64,000 nucleotides of DNA, taken from contig JAYWIR010000037.1 in assembly GCA_036172245.1 (NCBI GenBank), positions 868,001 through 932,000 of the forward strand, written 5' to 3'. This stretch comes from Raillietiella orientalis (Eukaryota). The position numbers and the translations under genes are program-made. The notes under the pieces are model-generated. The model searched no databases and was not told where the DNA came from. It worked only from the letters and a program-made list of their open reading frames with translations. This document shows positions 49,641 through 62,400 of the stretch, one piece after another; the stretch's first letter is position 1; the number at the start of each line of letters is the position of its first letter.

Positions 49641-52600
49641 TGGTCGGTCCCATATGGGAACTATCCAGAGGGAACTTGCCGGTATCCTAACAAGGATGCC
49701 GGCAAGAGACTGCCCCTCAGCAGGATGCGATCCTTCCCGATCCCTCCATAGGTTTTTCATGTACTTTTATTTTATTTTTCTTTCTGCTCGCCCCACTCCC
49801 CTCTGCCGTGCCGGGGCAAACCTCGCTGGTCTGTGTACCGGCTTCTCGGCAGGTTTCGCAGATGATGAACGAGACAGGACCGAGAGTCACTGCTTTTGTA
49901 AGTTCATATATATTATTCATATATTTTTTTCTTGAAAATAAACGTCCCGGCACAATCAGGTGAAAACCCATGCGATCTTCCTCCCACCACTGTCAGAAAC
50001 CCGCATCCAAAAAGTGAAATGAAGGTGGCCTGCCTTTTCCTTTCTTCTCCTTCGCTTCCCATGAAGGCGACCCCCCACAAAAGTGTTCTGACGGCGCCTT
50101 CGAAACCCTTCTTCAGAGAAGGCGAAAACCAGAACGGCTGCTTCTTGGAAGCGGAGGCGTTCTTTCTGCCTTCATCACTGTCGGCCGCTCGAGTTCCGAA
50201 GGATCTCCGGGAGAATTCCCCACCGTTGTGTCCGCAGCTGCTGTGGTCGTCGTGACCGAAAGTCATCCCGCATCTTCCATGTCCTGCTTCTGGCTCCGAT
50301 ACCCGTAGGTGTCCGGCGAAGGATTGCAGCGGTCCCTTGCTTCTTCCTAAAAGAGACGAGAGCAGTAGTGCTCTCTGTTCTTCCTCGTTTTTTATTTCCG
50401 TTCTCTGATCGTCCTCACGTCCGAAGCACCTGACGAGACGGCGGCTCGCTGCGTGCATGGAAGGCGAAATGAAAGACGGCACATGCAACCCGCAGGCATG
50501 ATAAATGGCACCCAAAATTCTTTCTTTTCCACATCGTGAGCCCACAAGAAATGAAACAGCAAGAATGCCTGCACGTATCCAGCCACCGTGTTTCGTCATC
50601 TACAATGGTGGAAAATCTCAAAAGCTCTTGACATAAATCATGGAGGAGATTCCCGAGATTCACACACACAAATTGACCGGTCATTCCTGGGCCGCACCAT
50701 GACGCCATGATTCCGTAGAAATTCAGGTCTTCCAAAGAGAAAAATTTCAGAATTCGTTAATTTTGATCCTCCAGCCGAGGGAGCCAGTTTCTGATTATTT
50801 CCAAAGATGTCTCAGAGGTCGCTGTTTTGCCGTTGCCCAGTTGTCACGCCCGCTGTAATCACTTCATTAGGATCAGAGTGGCCTTCCCACTCATGGGTTC
50901 CCACAAATGATTCTCAACCTTGGCTATAAATTCCAACTTCACCCAGTTCCCGCAACGAGAGCTGCCACCTAGCATGAGATGGTTACCAAGGAGACACACA
51001 AGCAGAATAAATGTGTCAAAAAAAAGTCGAAAACTAAACGCCGCATGTCAGGGGAAAGCACGCTGGAGGCACAAGAGAAGTGTCACTTTCCACCTGGTTT
51101 CTTTTCACGACATTCCCATTTCCATCTGAGTGTTTGAATTTGAAACTTTTTTCGCGAGTTTGTTCTTTCATGTTGTTTGATCGCCACCGGCAGATCAAGG
51201 GAATCCCACAAACAAATCTACAAAGATTATTTTAGCACTGATCTTGATTAGACAGATTCGGAAACGAACCGAGTTGTACCTTTCCTTTGGACGAGTCCTG
51301 TTCTGCGTGCCCAATCAGAGAGAGAGGAGAAAAAAAATGGATGGTGGGATCAAAGACGAAAAGGGTTCATGGACTTTTCCACAGGCTCTGAAATTCGAAT
51401 GGTCTTAACTACTGTCATAAACCGCATTTTCAGTGCCTTTGGTTTCGAATAAAGAGTTCATCAACTAGAGACACTCGAATCTGCAGCTTCTGCATCCCAT
51501 CATTCTGGATTCACAGCTTTCGTAACAAGGACCGTCCAGGATGCCCACCTTCCACTCACTGTGAGGAAAGAGGACCTAAGAACTGGTACCCTCACTGTGG
51601 ACCGAGAAGGCGGAGCAAAGTCACTCTGGACGACAAAGTGGGCTGCTGTCACAATGAAGAACAGCTGCTAGGAACACCCTTGTGTACGCACGAAGACGAC
51701 AAGGGTGAATAGTGGTGTTTCGAGAGCTTGCAAGATTCTCCACCAGAAAGAAACAATCCAGCAAATCGAGAGAGGATTCTTAGGAACCACATAAACAGCT
51801 CTCGCGATAACCTCACATTCCAAGTGGTTTCCCTGGGGGATTGTGAAGGAGCATTTCATGATTATTTGAATACAGACTATTGACCGACTCCGTTTAACAA
51901 CTCTTATTCCCAATAGAGCCATTCGTTTCCACTTTATTAAACAATCTGAAACTCTGCATTCCTTTTACCATTGTGCTCCCTTTGCTTGTTCTCCGTGAAT
52001 GCATTCAGCTCCTTTAGTTTTCGAAAAATGGTGCATTGTGGATCCCAGAAAATTAGATGAATGTTGATTCGATCGGCTCTTCCACTCTTTTTAGGCTCGA
52101 GGCTCTGTTTTCGAAGCAATTAGGGTGTTCTTCCGCTTCTTGCCTTTGGGTCACAGCTCTACGCTTTCTCTTCACTTCAACGCGAGCTTCTCTCTTTATG
52201 AACTTACAAGGAGGAGCTTTTTGCCATCCTTGGATCCTCCTGTTCAAGGATTCTTCCTTTGGAGTTCGTGACGCGGGGCTTCGTATAAACGCTCTTGAAA
52301 CTCTCACCAGGCTGCTCTGCAAGAACCGACAGACTTCTGACAAAAGCAACCTGGGATTCTGTGCGTCGGGATAAAACCTGTGGTTTGTTCGTTTCCCAGT
52401 GAGCTTCGGCGATAGGATACTTCCTCAGCACTTGGACAAACGTTGTCCTCGGTTTCTGTGGCTGGGAAAATTCCAAAGCTCTCCTGCGCTGAAGGACAAC
52501 TCTTTTTGGTGAACACACGAAACACACACACACACACAGCAAGGCGGCTCCGCTCACGGGACAACGCACCGGCAGCAATCAGCTGAGCAAGGTGATACAC

Positions 52601-55600
52601 GCACCACTTGGCACGTAGCTGCCGACGTGGCTTCTTGACTCTTACAGAGAAAGGCAAAGGCGCTTGCTTGGCGATCACGGTTTCCTGAAAGCCTGCGGAA
52701 TTTCTGTCGCCATCACGGAGCGCTGTAACAGAAACCACGGATACCAGCAACTGACCAGTTGTTTGCTCTCGTGTTCACACGCATTCCTGCCATCTGCACA
52801 CCTCGAAAGACATTAGCTTTCCACCTCGCTTTGCGCTTTCAAATCACTGCGTGTTTGGATGTGCAACAACAGATGATTCTCTCTGTGTGTGTTTTTTTAT
52901 TTCTCTACCGCCTTCAGAGACGGCAATCTCATTCCACCCGGTGGATCCAAGGAAGGCTACTATATCGGGAGCTTTTCTTCAAGCCTCGTTGGTCGGAGAT
53001 GATTTGCGCAAATCCTTCCATGGAAAGCAGATGGAAAATGGATGTTTGCCGGGCTACTGTTTATCAAGAAGCTGCTTAAAGTATTGGGCTCTTTGCAGCA
53101 AGCGATGAATGGATTCGCAAGGATGAAGTACATGAGGGCTTCTCATGGAAGAAAGATCCACCGGAAAGATGCCAGCGCGAAGTTCCAGACCGAGTAAGTT
53201 GAGAGAGAGAGAGAGAAAAAATGTGTACAGTTTAGTCGCTTTCTCAGAGAAAGCACAGACATGGAAGCCACCGCTGCTTTTGCTGGCTCGGAAACGATAC
53301 GATGGCTCGAAGATTTTGTCTGTTCGGAAGAGATCGACGGGCGGAACCCTGAACATGCGATTTCATCAGACCGAACGAGTCAGCCAGCAATATCTTTCCA
53401 AGGAGCCACTAATTAATTATAATACTGAGAATGTGTTCCATCTTCCGTGTCCAGGATCGAACTCCTAAGTGCTGTAATGGGTGCAACCAGTGCTGAAATG
53501 GAGACCACTTCCCAAATACTGGGAACCACTTCTAGACCGACAGTGGAACGAATGCAAGAGGAAACCAACTGCTTTCCTTCTGGAGAAAGAGGAAACCGCA
53601 AAGAGGAAACTGCTTTTCTTATAATTATTTTTCCAACAGCGTTTTCGAGGAAGCATAAATCTCGGTGAAGCCGCCAGAAGGAATGTTTCCAAGAAAACAC
53701 ACGAAGGGGAGAACAGTGATGGAAAACAATGAGGGATGGAAAAATTCCGAGGTTTCAAAACGGCAGTCATCGAAATTCGGCGAAATCAGTGAAAAAAAAA
53801 AAAAAAAAGAGAGAGAGAGAGAGCGAGAGAAAAGAAAAACTGCCAGCAAAGTCAAGAGCTAGGATAACAAGAAGCTGTAACGAACTGAGAATGCTGTGCC
53901 CCTTGCAAGTGCAGCAAGGAGCACTCTATCGCATTTGCGAGCAAGCAATCCGATGGATGAAAGGCATCCGTAGATGAATGCTGCTGACGAGGAAAGGGGA
54001 AAAGGAGCCCGTCGACGTCGTCTGCACCTCAGAATGGGACATCCACTCTCGCATGAGCATTTGCATTTCGCATTAAGCATCTTCCCCTTTCTATTAACTG
54101 AGTCATTGACAAGATATGCCGACGCCAACGGGGGAATGTAAAGATACAGAAAGAGATCGACAAAATAGATACCTAAGAAAGAGTAGAACATCCGGAAAAA
54201 CGGCAGAAGCAAAGGCTAAGAGAAATCAGCACCCAAAGAAGATGCCGGAAACTCTGGTGGCAAGATGCTCAACGATTTGTAATCTGGCCAGGGAGGTGCT
54301 CAAGGAAGAGGAGAATAGAGACGGCAAATTCTGAAAATTTCTGAAACATTCTGAAAGCAGGGATTTCAGGGAGAAGCACACACGTGCTAGTTTGCCTTTA
54401 TGTCTCGATGACTTTTGGATTTGGAAGCGACGGACGAGTGACCGATTGCGAGCGTGTCCTCTCCGGCGATCTGTTTCCGAGAAAAGCCTTTCATCATAGG
54501 AGATCTCCCGGTTCCACGTTGGTTTTCCACACGTCCTTCCTATTCAGTTCCGTGATTTCCAGCTGGAAAATCTCACCTGTTTCACCACCCACAACGGTTT
54601 AAAAGGCTGCGTACGGAAAGATCACTGTGGTTATCGAATTCCTCATTTTAGCAAAATGGGGATCAAGAGATGCAAGAGTGGGATCTTCCGCGGATACCGC
54701 TGCTTCCTCGACCTGTCCAGCTTTGCCCCAGCTTCAATTCCAGTCACGCCGAAACGTTTATTCAAATCGAATTCAGGTCCACTGACGTGCCTTGTGAGAA
54801 CGGTTCAGGGAATGCCGACATAAAGATCGGTAGCAACGGGAAACACAGAGCAGAGGGGTTAAAAATGTGAAAATAAAAATAAGTAAATGTACATGACACG
54901 AGGGAACACCGGAAGATTGCCTCTGAGACAGGGGCTAGTGAGGGTGGGAGGGGGAAGGAAGCCTCGCCGACTTTCTGTTCCGCGTCTTCCTTATGGCCCT
55001 CCCGCAATCCAGGCGGTGTCCTCCTTGATTCCGGCGGGGAATAAGGTCATCCTGATGTTCTCCTCATTATGGATGGTATTGATCGAATGACTGTCCACCA
55101 ATGCTGCCACTGCCTCTACCCCGTGGCGATTCGTGATCTGCTGCTCGATTGCAGCACAGCATTGTCGAGGATCTTTGACGCTTAAACCATCTGCTCAGAA
55201 TCTGCTGCCAAGGAGGTACCCCGGGTGTAAGAGGGCTGTTGCCAGCCGCTGCCATCCAATGCGGAGAAGCTTTGTCTAAATGCGGCAAACTCAGGGGCCA
55301 TCCGATCGCTCCTCACCTTGCAAAGTTCGGGAGCGCGTTCCCTCTCGTCCATTGGTGACAACAAAGATGGCGCTGCAGTTCCGGTTCGGGATTATGGCCT
55401 TGATGGTCTGAGAACTGGATGCAACATTGGTGGCTGCTCGTACACGAAATCCTGAAGCGCAAGCGTCGGTTGCGAGGGAATCGTATGGCTGTTGCTTCAT
55501 GCGATCCTCGCAACCGAGACCGCATGAAGCCGCTTGGAGCCTTACTGCTGCCTTATGGGAAGAACATCAGTGGATCTCCTGCCGCTCCGCACGCTACAAC

Positions 55601-56559
55601 GGCTCAGCGGCAGCAGAAGTAGTAAGCATCTGTACTCGCAAAGCACGCACTGACGCAGACTCGATAATTCCGTCCGCAGCCTGGGTGCGGGAACTTCCTC
55701 CTGAAGGAAGTGAAAAGGGACGGGAAGAAGTGGACCATTAGACGCAGCGCTCGCTGTCGTTTTCTCCTCCCCCCCTTACTCTCAAACCCTTAAGTTTTCA
55801 TAGACTTGTTTTTGATAGACCGATACACGTTGCCTGTTTCTTTTTCTCTTTCTTTCTTTGGAGAATGAATGCCTCGGCATAACCGAGTCGAAATGTCGAA
55901 TTCGATTTAAAATGGTGCCGACGCTGGTTGAGCCGGAAGCTCCACTGCAAGAACAGTCAGTTCCGCAGATTGCCGCCGGGTGGGAGGCACCGAACCGTTC
56001 AGGAGGATGGTGTAGAATGGTAGGAATCACTAGCTCCACCCAGGGACATTAGTAATCAAGATTTGTGTGCCCGTCAGTGCAGTTCTTGGTCGGATAGGTT
56101 TGGTACCAAGGCGTCCGAAAGTTCTCGAGCCGACCAGTCATTGAGTTTTTCCCGCTGTTACCATGACCCCTTTTCACTCAAGTGGGATATCGTCATCATG
56201 CCTCCATAGGGAGGAATAACGCTATCATGGGAGAATTCTTCCTTGCTGGTGGAGACCTGGTCTTCAAGAGTCGGGGTGCTGCTTGTCGAGATGAGGGTCA
56301 TGTCAGACGGAACCTCCCCTGTGGTCAGAGTCCCCTGAGAACCAGTATGCCCTCTATTGGACCAAGTCTGCTTGCCTGGGTTTGAGCGGCTATGAAGGCT
56401 CGTGATTTTCTGGAGACTCGACCATGTAGGTCTGCTCTCAGTCGTTCGATGGGTGTCACAGCCAGTGCGTCCAGTGGATGTCAGTTGTGTTGAAAGTTAG
56501 ACGACGGCATAATTACAGAACACTACAGACCTGACCACTATTGATCAATATATTACTGG

Positions 56560-58150
56560 ATGCACACGATCATCTGAAAGTCCTCCGTTGAGGGGGAAGA
56601 CAGCGAGATCTGGATTCGGTCTTCTGAACGAGCCAGGTCACCGTCGGAGTGGCAAACAACTTCCAAGATCACCATTCTTCCATTGCGCAGTAACAGATCC
56701 GGACGGAAAGTGATGATGACGTCAATGTGGATGCTGGAAATCTCGTACTCTCTTGGAATTTCTATCTGTTTCCGAGCATTTCTGTCCTTAGGATACCAAC
56801 GGACTGGAGATAATCGCACAAACTGACGCTCGTGTTCCTAGCGGGTTCGTGGCCGACCGCGTGTTTCCAACCTTCTTTCCATTGCTTTTCCCTCTTCTTT
56901 CCCTTCTTTTCCCCGCTTTTCCTTTTAAAGCTCTGTCGGCATGCCTGTCGAATAGGCAGAATGGGTTGAGCGTCATCATGCAGCCCCGATGACCATGATG
57001 CTCTTTTTAATGCACGATTCCAGCGTGCCCACATCTTTTGTTACTCAATAAAGAAAGAGTACAATGACCTCCTCATTGCATAATGCCGTGCCGTTTCCAG
57101 AAACAGCGCTTCCCCATTGCTGCAAAAGAATGAATATGCATTGATTTCTGCCATGCATCTACGTAGAGGATAGAACAGCAATCTCCAAATGGAGATCAGC
57201 AGGAACAGGAGTTTGGAAGAAACAGGCGATCTGTGGTACAGTGCTGTAGAAGGGAGGGGCTTACGAAGGAGTAGAGAAGAAGTCACAAATGTTATGATGC
57301 GGAGTTTGCTTCACGCAGCCATGCATCCCGACCGAAAATACTTTGAAGCACGAATCTGGAGAGCGGGATTTTCTGGCGGCAGACTTTAATAAAAAGAGAT
57401 ATTCACCCAGCAACCACACTCGCAAGTAAGTCTGACCTTCCTCGTGAAGGTGAGGCAAAAGGACAGCAAGGTTTCCACAATTTGCGAAAGCTTTGTTGAC
57501 CCGGGTGATTCTTCCTGAAACCACCCCTACATCATCACGCAAGATGCAAAGGCTTGCACACCACTGAGCGCGCTGTCACAGACCCAGCGAAATCGCCTGA
57601 CCGAGACTGTGGATCCATGGTGCGAGTCCCCTCAACAGGACACCGAGCTTCACGCGCTCGCGACCGAAAGGAATTCGAAAGCCACCCCAGTGCTGAGGAA
57701 CAAGAAAGGAGAAAAATCTCAAGGGCTGCTGCTTGTTGGCTCGCGAGCTCTTCCACGGGTGAAGGTAAGAGCGACCGCAGACACATTCCGTGAAGTTCCT
57801 CAATCTTTGCTCTTTCACTGATGGAGTAGATAGAAACAGATAAAAACGGACAGCACAAAAGACCAAGGACCAAAAGCTAACCCTTCCATCATCTCTTAGA
57901 CGTCTATGCCGTTACTTGTCATTTGCTCAATATATGTTTGGAAATGCCCCAAAAGTCACACTTTGAGACCACATCCAAGAAGAGCACATCACCAGCACCT
58001 CTCTGCTGACTTTGGTAGGTGTGCGGAATTTGAATCCTTAAAGCATTCACGCTGACTTCCTATCTTGAAAGCTTCGATCATGAAGAAGCCGGAAGCTCTG
58101 CGACCAATGTTTTTCGAAATCCTCTGATTTGTTCTACTACGTGAAATTTT
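56560..58150 (-). mobile_element. Decayed non-LTR retrotransposon with C-terminal restriction-like endonuclease (R2/R4/NeSL-type)
   Basis: On -, in order: HLPK, LHPW, KLGVL..GD (cf. RGV.QGD), LHLA*DDVG (~57525-57550; cf. HLA.ADD), TYLRV (cf. YLG), then FRPDLLLRNGRMVILEV (~56657-56709; PD-(D/E)xK-type RLE). Confidence 0.6.
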
Positions 58151-59214
58151 CGCTCTTCGTTTCTCTCTCAGTTTTCATGTTCGGATAGCATTTGGGGCGC
58201 GGAGCGGAATTCGAGCAGGTCTACCAGTTTTGTATTCGGACGATCCGCCCATCTTTCTGTCTCAAGACATTCGGGAGTGCTACCGCAAAAACCTGTATTC
58301 CAGACTCTTGAGGATGTTACGCATTGCTTGATGAACCAGGATCTGTTTGGATGCATGTCCATTGGAGATCAAGGTATACGAAACTTGTACAGTTTTTTTG
58401 GACTGCCGAGACTTCAAGTGGTTTTTCTCCATCCATCATCGATTTGACCCTTCTGGCGGATAAGACAGCAGTACCCTAGAGGGTGCTGTCTTCACCATAG
58501 AGGATCAGCACCATAGAGGTCTTACTGATGTAATATACATTCATGATGTCGGGAAGATAAGCGATAACGACTTGGGATTTTCCATTTCCTTGCCGCTCCA
58601 GTTGTCGGAATGAAAGAATGAGGATTTCCACTGATGGTGTTCCATCTTGTTTTCCTTTCTTCCGGATCAGCTGCTTGAGAACTGAATTTCGGATGCTCGA
58701 TGCGATTGGAAGTGAATCTATCCTGATGTACACGGATACATTTTGTGCCAAGATCGCTTACGATCACGCTCTCATCTCCACGGGTTTCTTCCGAGTCCAC
58801 GTAATTAGTCGTGACCTTGAAGAACTGGTTCTGAAATCCCCCATCTAACCTTTTCTCGGTGGACATGTTCCACGTGACGTTGCCACGGAAACCGCGCTTC
58901 CGGATCGAGGCACAGAGTAAATGTGCGCCAACTAAGACCTGGAACTCGAGGAATTTGTAGCCTCCATATGACAACCATACTTGAAAGAGAAACCTCAGAG
59001 AGAGGAAGAAGTGAGCCGAAAGAAAGGGAGGAAGAAAGGAGCTGCTGCAGGAGCGGCAGTGGAGCCGACGACGGCTACAGAGGGAGCTCCAACGCGACAG
59101 AATGCCCACGACGGGAAGCGCTGAGAGCCTCGCGGGTCGCGACGCCCCTTCTATGAAGTCCGGGGAACCAGCGGTAGTCCGAGACTGAAGATCGCCAATG
59201 CCCGCGTCGGAGGC

Positions 59215-59275
59215 CGTTAGGCTGCGGTGGGTCTCGCGTGCCCTACCAAAGCGTCGAGGGTTCGAATCCCCGCGT
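59215..59275 (+). other. tRNA-derived remnant (possible SINE head)
   Basis: Exact B-box GGTTCGAATCCC (59259-59270) with an A-box-like aggctgcggtgg ~40 nt upstream; no cloverleaf can be built. Confidence 0.3.
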
Positions 59276-59299
59276 AAAGGATCCACTCGGAGAGATGGG

Positions 59300-59700
59300 T
59301 GCGTTGTGGGTTCCGTGTTGCCCCTCCCCCCTTCCGCCGGATGATGCTGGTTGGCCTATATTGCAGTGCAGCACTGGTGGAGGCAGCTGGAAAGCGGATG
59401 TCCCTGCTGACCTACAGAGACTGGAAGTCGACCCTCCAGGGTCCTTCCAGGAATCACGGAGCCGGCTCTCGTCAGAGTTCGCCTCCATCGCGTACCATGG
59501 AGCCGGATGATACCCCTCTCAGAAGATTACCTCTCCCGTTAAAAATCATTTTGTCCTTTACGGGAAGCGCCCTCCAGAGAAATTGGGGAGAGTCCCTTCG
59601 GGGTTCTTTTCAGAAGAGGAGGAAACAAGGAGTGACGCTTCCCTTGCGGGCTCCCTCGGGAGGCGAAATTCCAGGAGTGGATCCTTTCCAGGTTTCCTCC
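59300..59700 (-). pseudogene. Second rve-integrase core remnant (Maverick-like)
   Basis: FLWRALPVKDK (~59549-59581; cf. AW..PLK.K), VRDGGEL*...FLE (~59455-59496; cf. TD.G.EF.N..F..FL), PTSIIRR (cf. KAS..ER). Confidence 0.35.
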
Positions 59701-61140
59701 GGAGGTGAAACGAAGGAGTGGCCCCCTCAGGGAGTCTCTCCAGAGAAGATGAAGAAGAGGTTGTTCCCTTCGGACTTTCGTCTTATGAGTAAGAGCCTTC
59801 CTGGATTCATGGGGTGGTCCCCTCCTGGGGTACCCCCTATAGCTAGAAGAGTCGTCAGCACCCTCAGGTGGCTGGTTGAAGTGCTAAAGTGCTCCGTGAG
59901 CTCTCCCTAAGAAGGCGAATGGTTCTTCAGCACCCCTTGAGATCCCCCAAGAAAGAAAAAAAAAATTGCCAATGCATGGCGGATACCAGCTGAAATTATG
60001 AAGCCAGAGCAGGTCTGGGTACAGTAAGGAGGACTCTAGAGAACGAAAAGAGACACAACACAATTGGCAGACGAGCAAAAATTCGCTGCATCCATGCGGA
60101 GGACGAGTATGAAGCACCTCTGGAAAAAGATGGCTCCCGCTTCGGGAAGGGATTGAAAAGTGGATCCGGAATCGTCGCCCCCGCCTCTCCAGTAGATGTA
60201 CCAAGGTCTGTGCCTCTTGAACAAGTTGAAGAGTGCTCATTCTCTCCCGCACCCGTCTTCCTAAGAACTCCCGCTTATTTCAAACCACGGCCACCAACGC
60301 TCCAGGAAAGTGATGAGCGGAAATGCTCGCCCGGTTCCGATGGTGGTCCTTTGTGTCTAGCGCATATAAGGAACCCCCCTTCAGAATGACTCTGCACGCC
60401 ATGCGAGCAGCCCACAGAGCCCTTTCTCACCCTCTCGAACCACCCCTGCTCGTTCGAGCTGCTCGTCCCCGCCAAGAGCGTGACCTTCCTCCGCTGCCCA
60501 TGTCCCTCTGGCCGACTTTCCCTGCTTCCATCCTTTCTACTGACCCCTCCGGCGGCTCGCAGAGGTCACTGCTTCGGGACCAGCAGAGATGCGCTGAGGT
60601 GCCTTTTCCTGTTCTTCCTTGCCCTGGTCAGCACCTGGGAGCTCGTAAACGCCGCCTTCGGCGAGCATGGTGGCCGAGGAGGTGGTCACTTTCCTTGCGG
60701 TCGCCGCGCACGTCTGTCTAGACCAGGACCTCTCCGTCCGAGGTCTGTTCTTGCTCCTATCTCACTGGATCAGCTCGAACGTTTCTGAGATCAATAAAAA
60801 TTTCCATGCTCGCTGCCCTCCAGAACACCAGGATGCTGTGGAGCTGGCTGGCTCCTCTCGCCTGCCTCCTCCTCGAGACTCTGGACGTTTTCTTCCTCTA
60901 AAAGAAGAATCCTGCTCTTTTGTTTCTTCCTGATGGTGTACACTGAAATTTCTCGAAATCTCTCTACACCAGCGAGTTAATTTGGAACTGAATCCATTCT
61001 TCTTCCTTTTCAGAACCCACAGGAGTAGCTGCTACCAAAACTGGACAAGAGAAGCGGTCGCCGAAGGGACTGATCTTCACGAAGATTAAGACCTTTTCAA
61101 TGCTCGGGCTCCTCAAGAGGGGTCTCTTGCTCACATGCAA

Positions 61141-61423
61141 GGCACCGAATCCGCACAGGGTGCTTCCCTGCCGCTTGAAGACGTACACCACGTCCATGGC
61201 GGTGACCACGTTCCGCCTGGCGTGCTCCGTGTACGTGCTGGCATTGCGGGTCGCACGTTCTTCAGGAACACCTTCAGCACACAGCGTATCTCTTCGTAGA
61301 TGAGCCCGGAGATGCGCTTCACGTTTCTTCGCCTGGCCAGGAGGCTGATGCCCTGGGTGTTGTTGCCTTGCAGCGGCGCTTGGCGACTCCTTAGCCGGGT
61401 CCCTTGCCGCTTCGTCCGCTCAT
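61141..61423 (-). pseudogene. H4: Histone H4 pseudogene (orphon)
   Basis: [79 protein letters not shown]; in-frame TAA, deletions and two frameshifts. Degenerate stem-loop (~61107-61124) and a purine-rich element downstream. Confidence 0.93.
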
Positions 61424-61849
61424 GATGCTTTCGCTCCTTCCCGGGTGGGTACTGGCTTTCGTTAGCTTTCGCGCGGGCGGAGGGCCATGTCCATACCGAC
61501 CGTGTCGCCCCCAGGGATCGGGTGTCCGAGAGCCTGTTCAATGCACGTATGGGAATCAAGCCCATCCGTGATCAAGTTGCACTTTTTCCTTGTTTTCCAA
61601 TCACTGCTTCTGGTCTTTTGAAGGCACTTTCTTTGCCTTCCCATGGAACACATGGATGGTCTATCCCTTTTGATCCCCTTGGGATGGTTTCCAATTGCGG
61701 TTTGCACCTTTCTCCCTTGATTGACAGGCCCTTAGAAGGATAAATAGGAACGAAAAAAACATAAACAAGCATACCGTTTATTTAGATTTCGAATGGCTTG
61801 GAGTACGTGCTCCAGCTCTGTTCAAAGAAGCAATCACCATGCAGAGACG

Positions 61850-62400
61850 AACACCCGTTGGTGTCCAGGCAGGAATTCTCGTTACCAAAAAGCTTGTAAA
61901 CAGATGAATGGATCTTCCACTTCTTTTAGTTTTCAGCAGTATCAAATGGAGACCATTTTTCTCTGGACGAAAGAGAGGCGTCTCGCCCGCTCACTTCAAG
62001 TCGGTGTTCATCTCTAGAGGATTCCGAACATCTTTGAACTAAACGCCCTGAACTTTTTGAGGATGAGGCGTGCAGCCTCTCTAATCATCGAGAGAAAGAT
62101 CAAAATTTAAACCAGAAGTCCCATCTGGAATACCGTCAGACTCAGATGTGTTCTCTGAGTTCTCCCATCTTTTCTAGAAGTCATCACAATCCTCCTCATC
62201 GAATCTTATTACTGGATGGTTTCATCTGTTGAGATCTGCATCACCCTTCGAGTCAGTCATACGAGAATGCGTATGCGTTTATTCGAAACATCCCTAGCTA
62301 ACCGATGGCTTCTTGCGGCATCTCTGAAAGTGGAGTCCAGGCAAGAAGACAGTTGTCTTGTTCGGTTTGAAGCAAACGACCAAGAGACGAATGTGGACGC
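61850..62400 (-). mobile_element. Possible piggyBac transposase C-terminal relic
   Basis: LLVVCFKPNKTTVFLPGLH...KKP...DSKGDADL (cf. V..LST.H...KP...YN..KGGVD), with stops. Confidence 0.3.

Noticed and set aside
52050..52350. Gag-like relic (RQEAEE..FENR) on -
   Set aside because: Single weak motif; no LTR or pol support.
59215..59275. Functional tRNA gene
   Set aside because: B-box present but acceptor, D and anticodon stems cannot be formed.
60600..60770. Histone H3 relic next to H4 (TARK...GGV on -)
   Set aside because: Two short motifs only; no histone-fold sequence.
40594..60933. Dozens of 60-298 aa ORFs on both strands as intact genes
   Set aside because: Overlapping in all frames, R/S/P/G-rich, expected in GC-rich decayed DNA; real motifs hop between frames.
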